The notes beneath the pieces were generated by a model. It searched no databases, was not told where the DNA came from, and worked only from the letters and a program-made list of their open reading frames with translations. 64,000 nt of DNA, from IMG/VR virus record IMGVR_UViG_3300007513_001104; one strand, given 5' to 3'. Made by a program: the position numbers and the translations under genes. This stretch comes from a virus. This document shows, in pieces, positions 46,628-56,770 of this stretch (position 1 is its first letter; each line of letters starts with the position of its first letter).

Positions 46628-49114
46628 TCATGCTACTAACTCTATGATTTTGTTAAGGAATAACCTTTGATTTGTTTTTCCTTTGTTAAAATTTCTAAAT
46701 CCTCTCATCAAATCGCCTTTTTTATTGGATTTTACTTCCAATTCTTTGGTCTCAATCTTAAGATCATCTCTGCCTTTGATTAGGAATCTTTGATCAAATC
46801 CATATTTGTCTTCAACTATCATAAACTTGTTCTTCAAACAGTCCTTCCATTCATTTGAACACCATTCAAAAGAAGGGCTCCAATAGTGGTCTACGTCCAT
46901 GCCATCCATCCAAACATTCTTATTCCACTCTTTCCAAAAGTGGTTTCTTTTGCCTTCAATAATGTGGAAGTTAATCATTCTAGAACCTGTGGTTTGTTGG
47001 TACCACTCTAGTAATGTTGGAGTAGCAAATTCATTTCTTGAGTACCTCTCTGCCTTGGCTTCAATAACCACTGTTGCACTACCGTCTTTAATTGCTACCT
47101 TCTCATCGTAAATACTTTTACTTCTAGCTGAGACCTCTTTGTCGTCCCAACCTTTCCTGGTTATGTAACATAAGTTATCTGTTGCACCACCATCTGTTAA
47201 AAATATTGTGCTTAATATTTCAACATTATATCTTTTTCTAAATATTTTTGCCACTTCTTTACCAACAATAATTGCTGAGTTAAGAGGTGTGCTACCTAAA
47301 GCAAAGTGAGGATTCTTAATGTAACCCCAACACTCTCCATTGTCACCATAGTCATTGTAATATCTTCTGTGATCAAAGCCACACTTCATAACACTCAAAT
47401 ACTTCATTGCATTTATGTATTCGTTCTTTGAACACATGGAAGACAACATATGAACCAAGCAAAAACTGCTGTTATCAACTATCATTTGACCGTCTTCCAG
47501 AGTTTCAATTGCTTCTTTTTGTTTTGTCCACCAGTGGTTTTTTCTATCTTCTTCAGTTAATCCTTTGTTACCTGCTGAGCTAAAACCATATACATCAAAT
47601 GGAATGTTTACTTTCCTACAAAATGCTGCCACGTTCATCATTTGATCTATTGTTCCTGACATGTTTCTATACATACTTCCTGATAAGTCTACGAACATTA
47701 GGATACCGTGGTTTTTACCATCAGGTACTATTAAAGCCCTTTGGAATAAATCTTCTGTCAATTTGTAAGCCCAAAGCTTATCCTCATTTAACTTACCAAT
47801 TTTGGCTATTGAGGACTTCTTATAAGCAGTTGCTGCTTTTCTAAGTTCAAATTGTTGTGCCATGCTATTAATAATTGGAGTCTGTGTTCTGTTCCACTTC
47901 TCATATATCTTAGTAGCTACGTCATATACTTCATGACCTGGAATGTTTCTTTCTGTCCAGTGGCCGTCCTTATCTCTAGACGCTTGTTGTAATTCAATGG
48001 AAAGATCCCAATTATAAAGTTCATTCATTGGGACTATATAATCTTTTGGATCTAACTTAGGAGCTTTAACATAAATTAAATCTGCTGCGTCTTGATCTAC
48101 TAATGTTTTTTCATTATCTCTAAAAGCATTATCTGAAAATGATTCATTGTTGTCTAAAGCTTTTTGTAAATCATCTAATTTTTCTTTAAGCTCTTGGTCT
48201 TTTTTGGCCTGTTCAGCTGCTGCTTTTTTGGCATCTTCTTCAGCCTGTCTTTCTTCAGGAGTTAGCTTCAACCATCTTTGATATTCTTCTTCTTCCTTTT
48301 TAGCTCTTTCTTCTCGCTCTGCTTCTTCTCTGGCTTCTGCCTCTGCTTCAGTTTCTTCTCTGTCATATTCATCAGGGTCTATTGGGTTACCAAAACTGTC
48401 TGATTCTACTTCATTAATATCAGGCTTTGCCTCGTCATCCCCAGCTTGTGCTTCTCCGTTATCCACATCCTCACTGGCTGAATCTGAGGCATCACCCTTA
48501 AATCTTTGTGGCATCATCTTTTCGATCATGCTTTCTAATTCGTCTTTCTTTTCATCTACATCTTTAGCATTAGCTGCAAACAATTCATTGGCTAAACGTT
48601 CAACGTCTTCCCAAGTCTCTGCTTTGGCAATCCTATCTACTAAATCTTTTTCTTCTGTAGTAAACTTGACACCCATCATATGACCTACTTTATAATGTAA
48701 GTTCACTCTATCAATTAATGGGAGTTTGTTGATGTCTAAATCTTTTATTCCAAAAAAGTCTCCATCAACTAATTCTTTATAACCTTTGAAAAAGCTACTA
48801 ACTAATCCAGGATATCTTTCTTTAACCTTACGTTCAATCCTTACGTCTTCTACTACGTTAAGAAAGTTTTTCTTAGCCCTGTCATCACATACTGCGTCAT
48901 GCCATCCTTCAGCTGGTGTTTCATGTGCGTGTCCTACTTCATGGCCTATGAATAAGTCATAAAGTGAGGGTGACATTTTCTTCCAGAGTGGAAGGTATAA
49001 AGTTCTAGCCTTTACATCAAATGCTGCTGTTGGAGCTTTAGGATCATGTACTATTGAAATGTCTTCTGTTGCTAAACATTTTGCTAGTATTGATTTGGAT
49101 TCTATTCTGTTCAA
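46628..49114 (-). CDS. CobT-like protein: N-terminal HExxH domain, acidic linker, C-terminal VWA
   Basis: HEVGHA, NVVEDVRIE, DLSGSM (MIDAS), STPLN, LTDG. Confidence 0.8.
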   Translation of the reverse strand: MNRIESKSILAKCLATEDISIVHDPKAPTAAFDVKARTLYLPLWKKMSPSLYDLFIGHEVGHAHETPAEGWHDAVCDDRAKKNFLNVVEDVRIERKVKERYPGLVSSFFKGYKELVDGDFFGIKDLDINKLPLIDRVNLHYKVGHMMGVKFTTEEKDLVDRIAKAETWEDVERLANELFAANAKDVDEKKDELESMIEKMMPQRFKGDASDSASEDVDNGEAQAGDDEAKPDINEVESDSFGNPIDPDEYDREETEAEAEAREEAEREERAKKEEEEYQRWLKLTPEERQAEEDAKKAAAEQAKKDQELKEKLDDLQKALDNNESFSDNAFRDNEKTLVDQDAADLIYVKAPKLDPKDYIVPMNELYNWDLSIELQQASRDKDGHWTERNIPGHEVYDVATKIYEKWNRTQTPIINSMAQQFELRKAATAYKKSSIAKIGKLNEDKLWAYKLTEDLFQRALIVPDGKNHGILMFVDLSGSMYRNMSGTIDQMMNVAAFCRKVNIPFDVYGFSSAGNKGLTEEDRKNHWWTKQKEAIETLEDGQMIVDNSSFCLVHMLSSMCSKNEYINAMKYLSVMKCGFDHRRYYNDYGDNGECWGYIKNPHFALGSTPLNSAIIVGKEVAKIFRKRYNVEILSTIFLTDGGATDNLCYITRKGWDDKEVSARSKSIYDEKVAIKDGSATVVIEAKAERYSRNEFATPTLLEWYQQTTGSRMINFHIIEGKRNHFWKEWNKNVWMDGMDVDHYWSPSFEWCSNEWKDCLKNKFMIVEDKYGFDQRFLIKGRDDLKIETKELEVKSNKKGDLMRGFRNFNKGKTNQRLFLNKIIELVA

Positions 49115-49150
49115 TTAACTTTTCTCACTAAGTTATTTAATTTATATATG

Positions 49151-49180
49151 TATTATGCACTCTCGTGAACCAAGAGTCAA
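49151..49180 (-). promoter_or_regulatory. sigma70-type promoter; exact 30-bp copy of 46581..46610
   Basis: Identical plus-strand 30-mer tattatgcactctcgtgaaccaagagtcaa. Confidence 0.8.
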
Positions 49181-49226
49181 GCACTTTTCCGGTAGATTTA
49201 GCAATCTTTTTGCTAAAATCAAGGAC

Positions 49227-50792
49227 TTAGATGCTTAAGTCAAAAGAAATGAGGAATTCTCGTCCGCCAGCAGCATATTCTGGCAGAATTTCGAATTTTT
49301 TATTGAAAATGTCCCTGATCTGTAACCCTATCCTGTACCTGGGTCCTAGGTAGTAACCTAGAGTTAGGTCTAAGGTTGATACATCATCTATAGGCCGGTT
49401 GGCATAATCCAAACCCTTTTCAAACTCACCTATATAGACTATTCCATAGTCAATTTTGCCAAACGTATTTGAATAACTTAGTTTGGTCTTATACTTGGGT
49501 GATTGAAGTTTATCTGTATCTGTATATTGAACTAATATACTATAATTTTCATATGATTTATTGAACTTAAACCCTGAGGATTCATAACTGCCTGTATTGA
49601 TATATTGATAGTCAGCAAAATTAAAATCTATTCCGTCGCTAAACTCGTAATGCCAAATTGTAATGCCCTTCCATCCTACTTCTAAACCTACACCCTTTTC
49701 AGGATTTAAAAGTGAATTAGGTTTAACCATTTGGTCTCCAAACCTTTCATATAAATTAGGAAGTCTATAACTATTCCCTAATGAAAATCTAAAATCTTTT
49801 ACTTCAACACCTGTTCTTATTGTTTGAGCGTCATCTTCGTAACGATATCCTATCCCAAATTTATATGGAACGACAGATGTTCTTACTTTAGCTTCTTGTT
49901 CTTTAAACCAGTTAAAATAGACTCCTGTTCTCCAAGCCTGATATCTTGTAGGGACTGGAGATCTAAAATAGTAATCATAATCTTCTTGTTGTGCTGTTAC
50001 GCCTGTTAAGAAATTTTTATATTTGTACTTTGCGTCTGCAAATATACGAGAACTTTTAACACCCCAACCTGTATTATGTTTTGCACTATTTAAATTGTAT
50101 CCTAGGGTGAACCAATCATTCCTAATAGATATATCTGTTTTATAACCTGATTGATTACAATCATTATATTCTATCGTAGAAGGTAAGCAATCATCATAAT
50201 CGTAACTGTAATCTTGAGACACCATAACAACATCAAACCCTGCAAAATTCGATTTTGTTTTAAGTGTTGTATTATCATACCAATCTTCTTCACTATTTGT
50301 TGTCTTAACAGAGCCTATTGAACCTTTGAATCTAGATATTTGGAACCACTCATTACCCCCTGAGATCATTTGTTGTGCATCTCCTCCTTTATAAAATACA
50401 TGTTTATCAAATGTATCTTCTATAAGGATTGTTCCTGCCATTGAAGAGCTACCAAACAATGCACTATTAGGTCCTGAAATTTTTTGATACTCTTGAAACG
50501 TAGGTAAATCTATTCCAAAATCATACCACCCTGACGAAGGATCATTAACAGGTATGCCGTTTCTATATACTGTTGTGTGTTTTGTGTCTGTCCCGTGTAG
50601 TCCTGCTCCAATAAATCCACCAGGGCCTCCTGGAGCATATACTTTTGTTCCTTCTACTGCTTCTATTGCTGAATTATCGTGTGCTGGATCTGAATATCCT
50701 GTAGTAATCTTTGATCCTACTACTAACGTTTCTTCTACTTCTCCAAATGCTACTGTAGGTAGTAGCATTAACATTATAACGAACTTTCTCAT
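49227..50792 (-). CDS. TonB-dependent outer-membrane receptor (compact, BtuB-like)
   Basis: Signal peptide; EETLVVG TonB-box-like; plug motifs TTVYRNGIPVND and GPNSALFGSSSMAGTILI; YRLPNLYE..L.PE; C-terminal GREFLISFDLSI strand. Confidence 0.8.
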   Translation of the reverse strand: MRKFVIMLMLLPTVAFGEVEETLVVGSKITTGYSDPAHDNSAIEAVEGTKVYAPGGPGGFIGAGLHGTDTKHTTVYRNGIPVNDPSSGWYDFGIDLPTFQEYQKISGPNSALFGSSSMAGTILIEDTFDKHVFYKGGDAQQMISGGNEWFQISRFKGSIGSVKTTNSEEDWYDNTTLKTKSNFAGFDVVMVSQDYSYDYDDCLPSTIEYNDCNQSGYKTDISIRNDWFTLGYNLNSAKHNTGWGVKSSRIFADAKYKYKNFLTGVTAQQEDYDYYFRSPVPTRYQAWRTGVYFNWFKEQEAKVRTSVVPYKFGIGYRYEDDAQTIRTGVEVKDFRFSLGNSYRLPNLYERFGDQMVKPNSLLNPEKGVGLEVGWKGITIWHYEFSDGIDFNFADYQYINTGSYESSGFKFNKSYENYSILVQYTDTDKLQSPKYKTKLSYSNTFGKIDYGIVYIGEFEKGLDYANRPIDDVSTLDLTLGYYLGPRYRIGLQIRDIFNKKFEILPEYAAGGREFLISFDLSI

Positions 50793-50796
50793 TTTA

Positions 50797-51291
50797 TTAA
50801 GGGTTATAAAGCCCTCCGTATGGTAAGCTCCAATTAGGGCATACTGGATACACTATTTTTCCGGTTGGGCCTCCTGGATATGCTGGAGGTATTGATTTTA
50901 TTCCTGATCTTGCACAAGGCGGTTCTTTCTTTTTCTTATTTTTTTTAGAAGTGATTGGTGTTAAAACTAAGGTTCCGTCTGGTGTTATGTATGCCACTTC
51001 ATATTGTGATATGTCTAACGTTAGGCCAGATCCTCCATCTTTTTTGTCAATATTCATTCCTAAAGCAATGCCTCCTACAATACCTATTATTACATCAGAG
51101 GTATCTGCTGCTCTTGCTGACTGTGAAAATAGTATTAAGCCTGCAACAAGCAATACTATTATTGTCCATTTAAATCTTTTCATGTTTTTCTCCTGTGGTG
51201 GTATGGGAAATTCTAAATCATATTGCGCTGCATCATTTAAAAATTCTGTTGTATCGTCTTCTTGAAAGTGTCTTTTATACTCTTCTTCCAC
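50797..51291 (-). CDS. hypothetical secreted/membrane protein
   Basis: Internal signal-peptide-like MKRFKWTIIVLL...SARA; true start uncertain. Confidence 0.5.
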   Translation of the reverse strand: MEEEYKRHFQEDDTTEFLNDAAQYDLEFPIPPQEKNMKRFKWTIIVLLVAGLILFSQSARAADTSDVIIGIVGGIALGMNIDKKDGGSGLTLDISQYEVAYITPDGTLVLTPITSKKNKKKKEPPCARSGIKSIPPAYPGGPTGKIVYPVCPNWSLPYGGLYNP

Positions 51292-51880
51292 GCTTTTTAC
51301 CTACTAAATGTTTTGATTTCTTTTTAACCTTACTATTTCTCTTTTCTAATCTTTTCTTAACTTCTGATGGGTCCATCCAAAAGTCTTTGCCTTCTATCAT
51401 CTCATTTATTTCTTTAGGCTCTAAAAATCCTTTATAAACCTCAGTAAATAAATGTCTTGCCCACTTATCGTCTGCAATAACTGATGCTAATTGTTCATTT
51501 CCTTTACCCCAATTACCTGAACTGTAAGTATGGAACATGAAGTGACTATGATCTGAGACTTCACATACATCTGCACATAAAAATATTAACGTTGCTGCTG
51601 ACATACACATACCTTCTACTGATGCTATAACAGTTGCTGGACTTTCAGCCATTGTTCTCATCAATTGAATTGCTGTAAATATATCTCCGCCACTAGAATT
51701 TATGTGTAATATTACTGCATCATTTTCAGTTGCATTTCTCATCAACTGATTCCAGACCGTATAGTCTTTTGCTTCTTTTATATCACCTGAGATATAAAAG
51801 TCTAAGATACGAGCAACGGGCTTTTCAAAAGCATCATTCGCAATCTGTGGTGGTTGTTGTATTGGTTTAGATTCGCTCAT
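51275..51880 (-). CDS. ClpP-like serine protease
   Basis: LHINSSGG, CMSAAT (Ser), FMFH (His), DFWM. Confidence 0.85.
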   Translation of the reverse strand: MSESKPIQQPPQIANDAFEKPVARILDFYISGDIKEAKDYTVWNQLMRNATENDAVILHINSSGGDIFTAIQLMRTMAESPATVIASVEGMCMSAATLIFLCADVCEVSDHSHFMFHTYSSGNWGKGNEQLASVIADDKWARHLFTEVYKGFLEPKEINEMIEGKDFWMDPSEVKKRLEKRNSKVKKKSKHLVGKKRGRRV

Positions 51881-52220
51881 AATATCTTGTAACTACCTTT
51901 ATCTTTTCAATTTGTTTGTCAATGATTGCCGTTCTATTAGGCCAATGTATATATTCCTTTTCAGGATTCTTTTGCAAATTGTAAAGTAGAGGGAGTACAA
52001 GATCTTCTACATCACGAAGTTTGGTTGATACATCATTTTCAATTAACGTTCTATGTTCGTTTACCATTCCAGAGTTATCTGCATTTAAAATTTTAGCTTC
52101 TAGTTCTGCCAATTTATCCATTATCTTATCTTCGTCGATGGAGGGAGCGCTTGGCTGAGCAGGTGCCTCGGAAGGTACCTCATCTACAGCCGTAAAACCG
52201 AAATCAAAATCGTTTGCCAT
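51867..52220 (-). CDS. conserved T4-like hypothetical protein
   Basis: DFDFGFTAVDE...LPLLYNL.KNPEKEYI.WPNR; TATAAATA at 52238-52245. Confidence 0.7.
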   Translation of the reverse strand: MANDFDFGFTAVDEVPSEAPAQPSAPSIDEDKIMDKLAELEAKILNADNSGMVNEHRTLIENDVSTKLRDVEDLVLPLLYNLQKNPEKEYIHWPNRTAIIDKQIEKIKVVTRYYERI

Positions 52221-52255
52221 ATTTCTCTCCTTTCTATTATTTATATTAGATAAAA

Positions 52256-53002
52256 CTAACGACTCTGCCTTTGGTGTTTCTTAACTTTCTTCTGCAGCGC
52301 TTTCAATGCACGCTCCAATTTAACTCTTGAAACTCTCATAGTAAAGTTTTGACCTAACATGTGATCGTACTCATGTAATATTACACGAGCAGACACTCCT
52401 TGATATTCTTCTACTATCTCTTCTCCTTCTTCATCGAAGTATTGTATAGCACATTTGGTTGGTCTTTTAACCATTAAATATAGTCCAGGAAAAGATAAAC
52501 AACCTTCTCTAATTGATTCTTGTTCTTCTCCTACTCCTATTATTTTAGGATTAATAAAAATCTTTTCAAAGTTAGAGGCCTTATCTCCCATTACAAAAAC
52601 AGCAGCATTTATGCCTACTTGATTAGCTGATAATCCCACTCCGCCATCACGATACATAACCTCTAACAGTCTTTCTTTTAACTCTGTGGCATTAAACCCG
52701 CCATGCTGGTCCATATCTTCGAAACGAAAAGGTGCTGGAACCCTTTGCAAAAAGGGATCATTAAATTTTAATAAGTGTAAGTCCTTTGCTTCTCTGATCT
52801 CAGGAGACTTATATCTTTCTATGCCATTGCCATCTAAAAGATCTGTCTCAATACCTTTGGCCAGTTCCAAGTCATCAGATTCATCTTGTAAGTCTCTAAC
52901 AATAGGCTCTAATTCATCCTGCATCTGTTCCGATACAGACATAGGTTCCATCTCATTTGGCTTTGTCTTCGTCCGCGAGGGCGTTGATTGCTTCTTGTTC
53001 AT
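52256..53002 (-). CDS. def: peptide deformylase
   Basis: GVGLSANQVG, EGCLS, HEYDH. Confidence 0.95.
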   Translation of the reverse strand: MNKKQSTPSRTKTKPNEMEPMSVSEQMQDELEPIVRDLQDESDDLELAKGIETDLLDGNGIERYKSPEIREAKDLHLLKFNDPFLQRVPAPFRFEDMDQHGGFNATELKERLLEVMYRDGGVGLSANQVGINAAVFVMGDKASNFEKIFINPKIIGVGEEQESIREGCLSFPGLYLMVKRPTKCAIQYFDEEGEEIVEEYQGVSARVILHEYDHMLGQNFTMRVSRVKLERALKALQKKVKKHQRQSR

Positions 53003-53345
53003 ATCTTAATAATAACTCCTCTCCTGCTTTAATTGTTTCCTTAGTAAAGAAATGTGTCCTAGGTCCTTCAACCTCTGCGATTACGTTTGGTGTTTCACTA
53101 TGATTTACAAAGCCTCCTAGTGGAGTTCGTTGCCAATACTTAGTGCCCCAAACTTTGCCATCCCAATCGTGCATTACAAACACATGAGACAAACCTAAGT
53201 CTGTGCCTTTGGGTATGTCTTCTTTCGCAAACAAACCCTGTCCATGAACATCACTATCTCCTATTCGTAAACTTGATAGCAAAGGTAAGTAAGAGTTCTC
53301 ATCAAACGTTACTTTCTTTGCTTCATCTGTTACCATTTCACCCAT
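52953..53345 (-). CDS. SET-domain protein
   Basis: HGQGLFA.EDI.KG, FVNHSETPN, I.AGEEL.L.Y. Confidence 0.85.
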   Translation of the reverse strand: MGEMVTDEAKKVTFDENSYLPLLSSLRIGDSDVHGQGLFAKEDIPKGTDLGLSHVFVMHDWDGKVWGTKYWQRTPLGGFVNHSETPNVIAEVEGPRTHFFTKETIKAGEELLLRYEQEAINALADEDKAK

Positions 53346-53575
53346 TATCCTGCTCCTTGTTGTACTAGATTTTTGAGTTCGTTAAACCCACCTATGGGTT
53401 TATCGTTTATGAATACCTGAGGAAATGTTTTTGCCTCTGGTACTAATTCAAATAATTCTTCTGCTGTATAGTCTGCATCTAATAACTTGTATTCGTATTC
53501 TAAATTTAATCGTTCACATAAAGCCTTTGCACTTGTGCAAAAACCACATCTTGGTTTTCCATATATTACTATCAT
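53345..53575 (-). CDS. glutaredoxin
   Basis: CGFC, TFPQVF, IGGF. Confidence 0.92.
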   Translation of the reverse strand: MIVIYGKPRCGFCTSAKALCERLNLEYEYKLLDADYTAEELFELVPEAKTFPQVFINDKPIGGFNELKNLVQQGAG

Positions 53576-55242
53576 ACTATTATACTATAATTTTGTTTCT
53601 TCTCGAACTTAACTACTGATCTAAACTTATCAAATAGTTGGTCTCCTTTGTGAGATATTACGAATACATTCGTGTCGTTGCCAATAGTTTCTAATAATTG
53701 CATAACATATTGGGTTCCGTCTGTGTCTAACGAACTATCAAACACCTCATCTAATAATAAGATATTTGTACTAGCGCTATTCTTCATCTTGGCTATTGTT
53801 CTCCAAGTAAATACTAACGCTAAGTCTATTCTTTGTTTCTCTCCTTCACTAAACGATGCGTAACTAAATTTATCTCTGAACCTGGACTTAATTGTTTCTT
53901 TAAACGTCTCATCTAAATCAAACTGTACAAAGAAGTCCATCGCTGCTAAGTATTTATTAACCAATTTGTTAATTATTGGCAAATAGGCTTTAATAATCTT
54001 AGTTTTAATACCAGAATCTTTTAATAAAGATTGAGCTACATCATAATAGTGGCTGTCTTCTGTTAATTTTATTTTGTTTTGTTGTTTGCCTAAAGCATCT
54101 TTAGCTAATTTTTTTAATTTTGTTCTCTCTTTTGTTATATCGCCTACTTTATCTTGTGTGTCAGCAAGTTCTAGCTGTAGTCGTTGTAAGATTTTCTGTT
54201 GTGTAATACTTTCATTATTGTGATCCATTATTTTTTGATCTAACTCAAGTACCTTTTCAACAAGTGTTTCTACTTCAACATACTTTTCTTCTAATTCATC
54301 TAAAGCTGTTTGTAATTCATCAATCTTTTCTTTATCTCTGGCAGTCATCACTTCCTTGTGATCATGCGCTATCCCTTGCTGACACGTGGGGCATTCGTCA
54401 TTGTCATGAAAGAAGTCTAAGTCTTTTCTGTGGGTGTTGATTTGGTGTGTGAATTTTCTTTTAAATTCTTCGAGTCTTCTTTTCTTCTCATGGACATCAC
54501 CCATTGCCGTCTTCTCGCCTGTTGTCGCCTTCGCAAATTCCCTAGCCGTCTCGATCGCATCTTCTGCCTCCTTAATTGCTGTTGCTATTGTTTCTACTTT
54601 AGACTTTTTATCATCTTCTAATGTCTTTATATATGATTCTTGTAACTCCGCCTTTTGCTTAGCCACTTCTATATCACCTTCCAATAATCTAATCTGGTTT
54701 TCTAAAAGTGTTATTTTATCTTTAAGAACTTTATTCATAGAAGTGAATATAGTAATGTCTAATATATCTTCTATAATCTCTCGCCTAGCTCCTAAATGTA
54801 ACTGCATAAACGGTGTAAAAGACGCACTACCTAACATCACAATCTGTGTGAATGATTTGTAATTAAGTTTTAATATGTTCTCCTCTAAATACTTTTGGAA
54901 ATCTCTTATGTTGGCATCTTTATCTAACTTAATACCATTAACTTCTATCTCAAATATCTTAGGCAATTCCCCACGTCGTATTAAATAGTTTCTTTTGCCA
55001 ATAGAAAAATTAATTTCAACCATTAATTGTTTTCTATTGATTGAATTAACCAACTGTGGTTTAGATACATTTCTAAATGGCTTATTGAATAGGGCAAAGG
55101 TTAGTGCATCTAACATTGTAGACTTACCACTACCATTCTCTCCAACGATTAATGTGCTAGGTGATTTGTCAAACTGTATTTCTGTCCATGCGTTTCCTGT
55201 AGACAGAAAATTTTTCCACCTTATGTTTTTAAAATGAATCAT
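53572..55242 (-). CDS. gp46: recombination endonuclease, SMC-like subunit
   Basis: GENGSGKS, CPTC hook, FSEGEK, LLDEVFD, ISH. Confidence 0.96.
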   Translation of the reverse strand: MIHFKNIRWKNFLSTGNAWTEIQFDKSPSTLIVGENGSGKSTMLDALTFALFNKPFRNVSKPQLVNSINRKQLMVEINFSIGKRNYLIRRGELPKIFEIEVNGIKLDKDANIRDFQKYLEENILKLNYKSFTQIVMLGSASFTPFMQLHLGARREIIEDILDITIFTSMNKVLKDKITLLENQIRLLEGDIEVAKQKAELQESYIKTLEDDKKSKVETIATAIKEAEDAIETAREFAKATTGEKTAMGDVHEKKRRLEEFKRKFTHQINTHRKDLDFFHDNDECPTCQQGIAHDHKEVMTARDKEKIDELQTALDELEEKYVEVETLVEKVLELDQKIMDHNNESITQQKILQRLQLELADTQDKVGDITKERTKLKKLAKDALGKQQNKIKLTEDSHYYDVAQSLLKDSGIKTKIIKAYLPIINKLVNKYLAAMDFFVQFDLDETFKETIKSRFRDKFSYASFSEGEKQRIDLALVFTWRTIAKMKNSASTNILLLDEVFDSSLDTDGTQYVMQLLETIGNDTNVFVISHKGDQLFDKFRSVVKFEKKQNYSIIV

Positions 55243-56300
55243 GTAGTATCTTGAGCTTCAATATAGAGGCTTTGTAATAAATTTTTAATCCTTTGTTTAC
55301 TTAAATCGGTTTCTACAGCGTCAACATATTCTTTTAATAATGTCATGGTGTCTTCTAGATTTACATCCTCACCTATAGCTTCGTCCTCAAACTCTGAAAA
55401 GTCTTCTATAATTTTTAGGCTTATCAAACCACATTGATATAATTTGTCTACGAAATGATCAAACCGTTTGAAGTCTGTCTTCTTACTTACAATAAGCTTT
55501 ACACAACCACCAGCAATAGAATTGAAGTCAAAATTACTGATGTCATTAACACCTTCAAAATGGGAGTCGTCGTAATAGATTTTATAGAAAAGTCTAAATG
55601 GGTTATCGTGGTACGCCAAAGCTCTTTTACTCGTGTCGTAAATAGCGAAACCTCTGGGGTCGTTGTAGTCAGACCAAGTGATTTCATAAGGGTTTCCCAT
55701 ATAAGTAACGTTGCCTCTACTATGGCGATGATGAAAGTGCCCACTAACAACAAGGTCAAATTCACTAAAAATATCAGCGTCCATACCGTGAAGGTTAGGC
55801 ATTCCAGGAACCATGAGGTAGCCTGTGAGTTCCAAATGTGAGAAGCATGTCGTTGCGTCTGTTGTTTTAATTGTTTCCAATGTGTGTTCATAATTTTCTG
55901 TGCATATCCATGGCAAAAACAATACCTTCTCCCTATCAAGTTGTACTTCTGTGGGTTCTTCGTATATTGTTATGTTATTATATTCCCCTAACAATAAGCT
56001 AGGAGAATTTACTTCATTTGTATTTTTAAAATAAGTATCATGATTGCCTGGTATCATATGTATTTCAATACCTGCATCACGCGCTTTATCGAAAAAATAC
56101 TTCTTACAAGACTGAAGTATATTATAATTAATATACTTTCGTCTATCAAATACGTCACCTAAATGACATATAGTTTTAATTCCTTCTTTTTCTAAGTGTG
56201 GAAAGAAAAATTCATCATAAAATTTAGCAAAGTATTGATCAAATGCTAAATTGTCTGACCTGGCACCAAAGTGGGTGTCTGTAACTAGAGCTACTCTCAT
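55239..56300 (-). CDS. gp47: recombination endonuclease, Mre11-like subunit
   Basis: DTHFG, LGDVFD, GNHD, SGHFH. Confidence 0.96.
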   Translation of the reverse strand: MRVALVTDTHFGARSDNLAFDQYFAKFYDEFFFPHLEKEGIKTICHLGDVFDRRKYINYNILQSCKKYFFDKARDAGIEIHMIPGNHDTYFKNTNEVNSPSLLLGEYNNITIYEEPTEVQLDREKVLFLPWICTENYEHTLETIKTTDATTCFSHLELTGYLMVPGMPNLHGMDADIFSEFDLVVSGHFHHRHSRGNVTYMGNPYEITWSDYNDPRGFAIYDTSKRALAYHDNPFRLFYKIYYDDSHFEGVNDISNFDFNSIAGGCVKLIVSKKTDFKRFDHFVDKLYQCGLISLKIIEDFSEFEDEAIGEDVNLEDTMTLLKEYVDAVETDLSKQRIKNLLQSLYIEAQDTT

Positions 56301-56302
56301 AA

Positions 56303-56770
56303 TTAGCCTTCGTAAATCGCTGAATTTGCTCCATGTTCCCTACACTCACAAGAGACACAATAACATCTGCCTCCTGATATTTCTTTTACCAAATCATTAG
56401 CAAAGTGGAATGCTTGTTCTGCAAACTTTTCACAGCCTACACCATTCATCACTACCACCTCTGCTAAACCTAATTCTTGTAAGTCTAAAATCTTATCTAG
56501 TTGTGGATCTTTTTTATCCACTGCAACCTTGTGATCAAAGTTATCTTTTAACCACTGTTTTAGATCTTTAAGTCCACCAAAATCTATCACCCAATTTTTA
56601 TTATCTAATTGTTCACAACCAAATTTAAAACTAAAAGACAATGCGTAACCATGTAATAATTGACAATGACTATGCGTTGCTTTTGGTTGACGAAAAACTG
56701 CTGACAGACCTTGTTCGTGTCCATAAGTTTTAGTTGAAAAGTATTTGTAATCTATGTATGGGTCTATCAT
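56303..56770 (-). CDS. queD: 6-carboxytetrahydropterin synthase
   Basis: HCQLLHGY, WVIDFGGLK, FDH, CE, EH..NSA. Confidence 0.85.
   Translation of the reverse strand: MIDPYIDYKYFSTKTYGHEQGLSAVFRQPKATHSHCQLLHGYALSFSFKFGCEQLDNKNWVIDFGGLKDLKQWLKDNFDHKVAVDKKDPQLDKILDLQELGLAEVVVMNGVGCEKFAEQAFHFANDLVKEISGGRCYCVSCECREHGANSAIYEG

Noticed and set aside
45351-49114. Cobaltochelatase / cobalamin biosynthesis pathway
   Set aside because: No CobN or other cob genes are present. The AAA+/VWA pair is common in marine T4-like phages and is more likely a chaperone module; adjacency to the TonB receptor is not enough.
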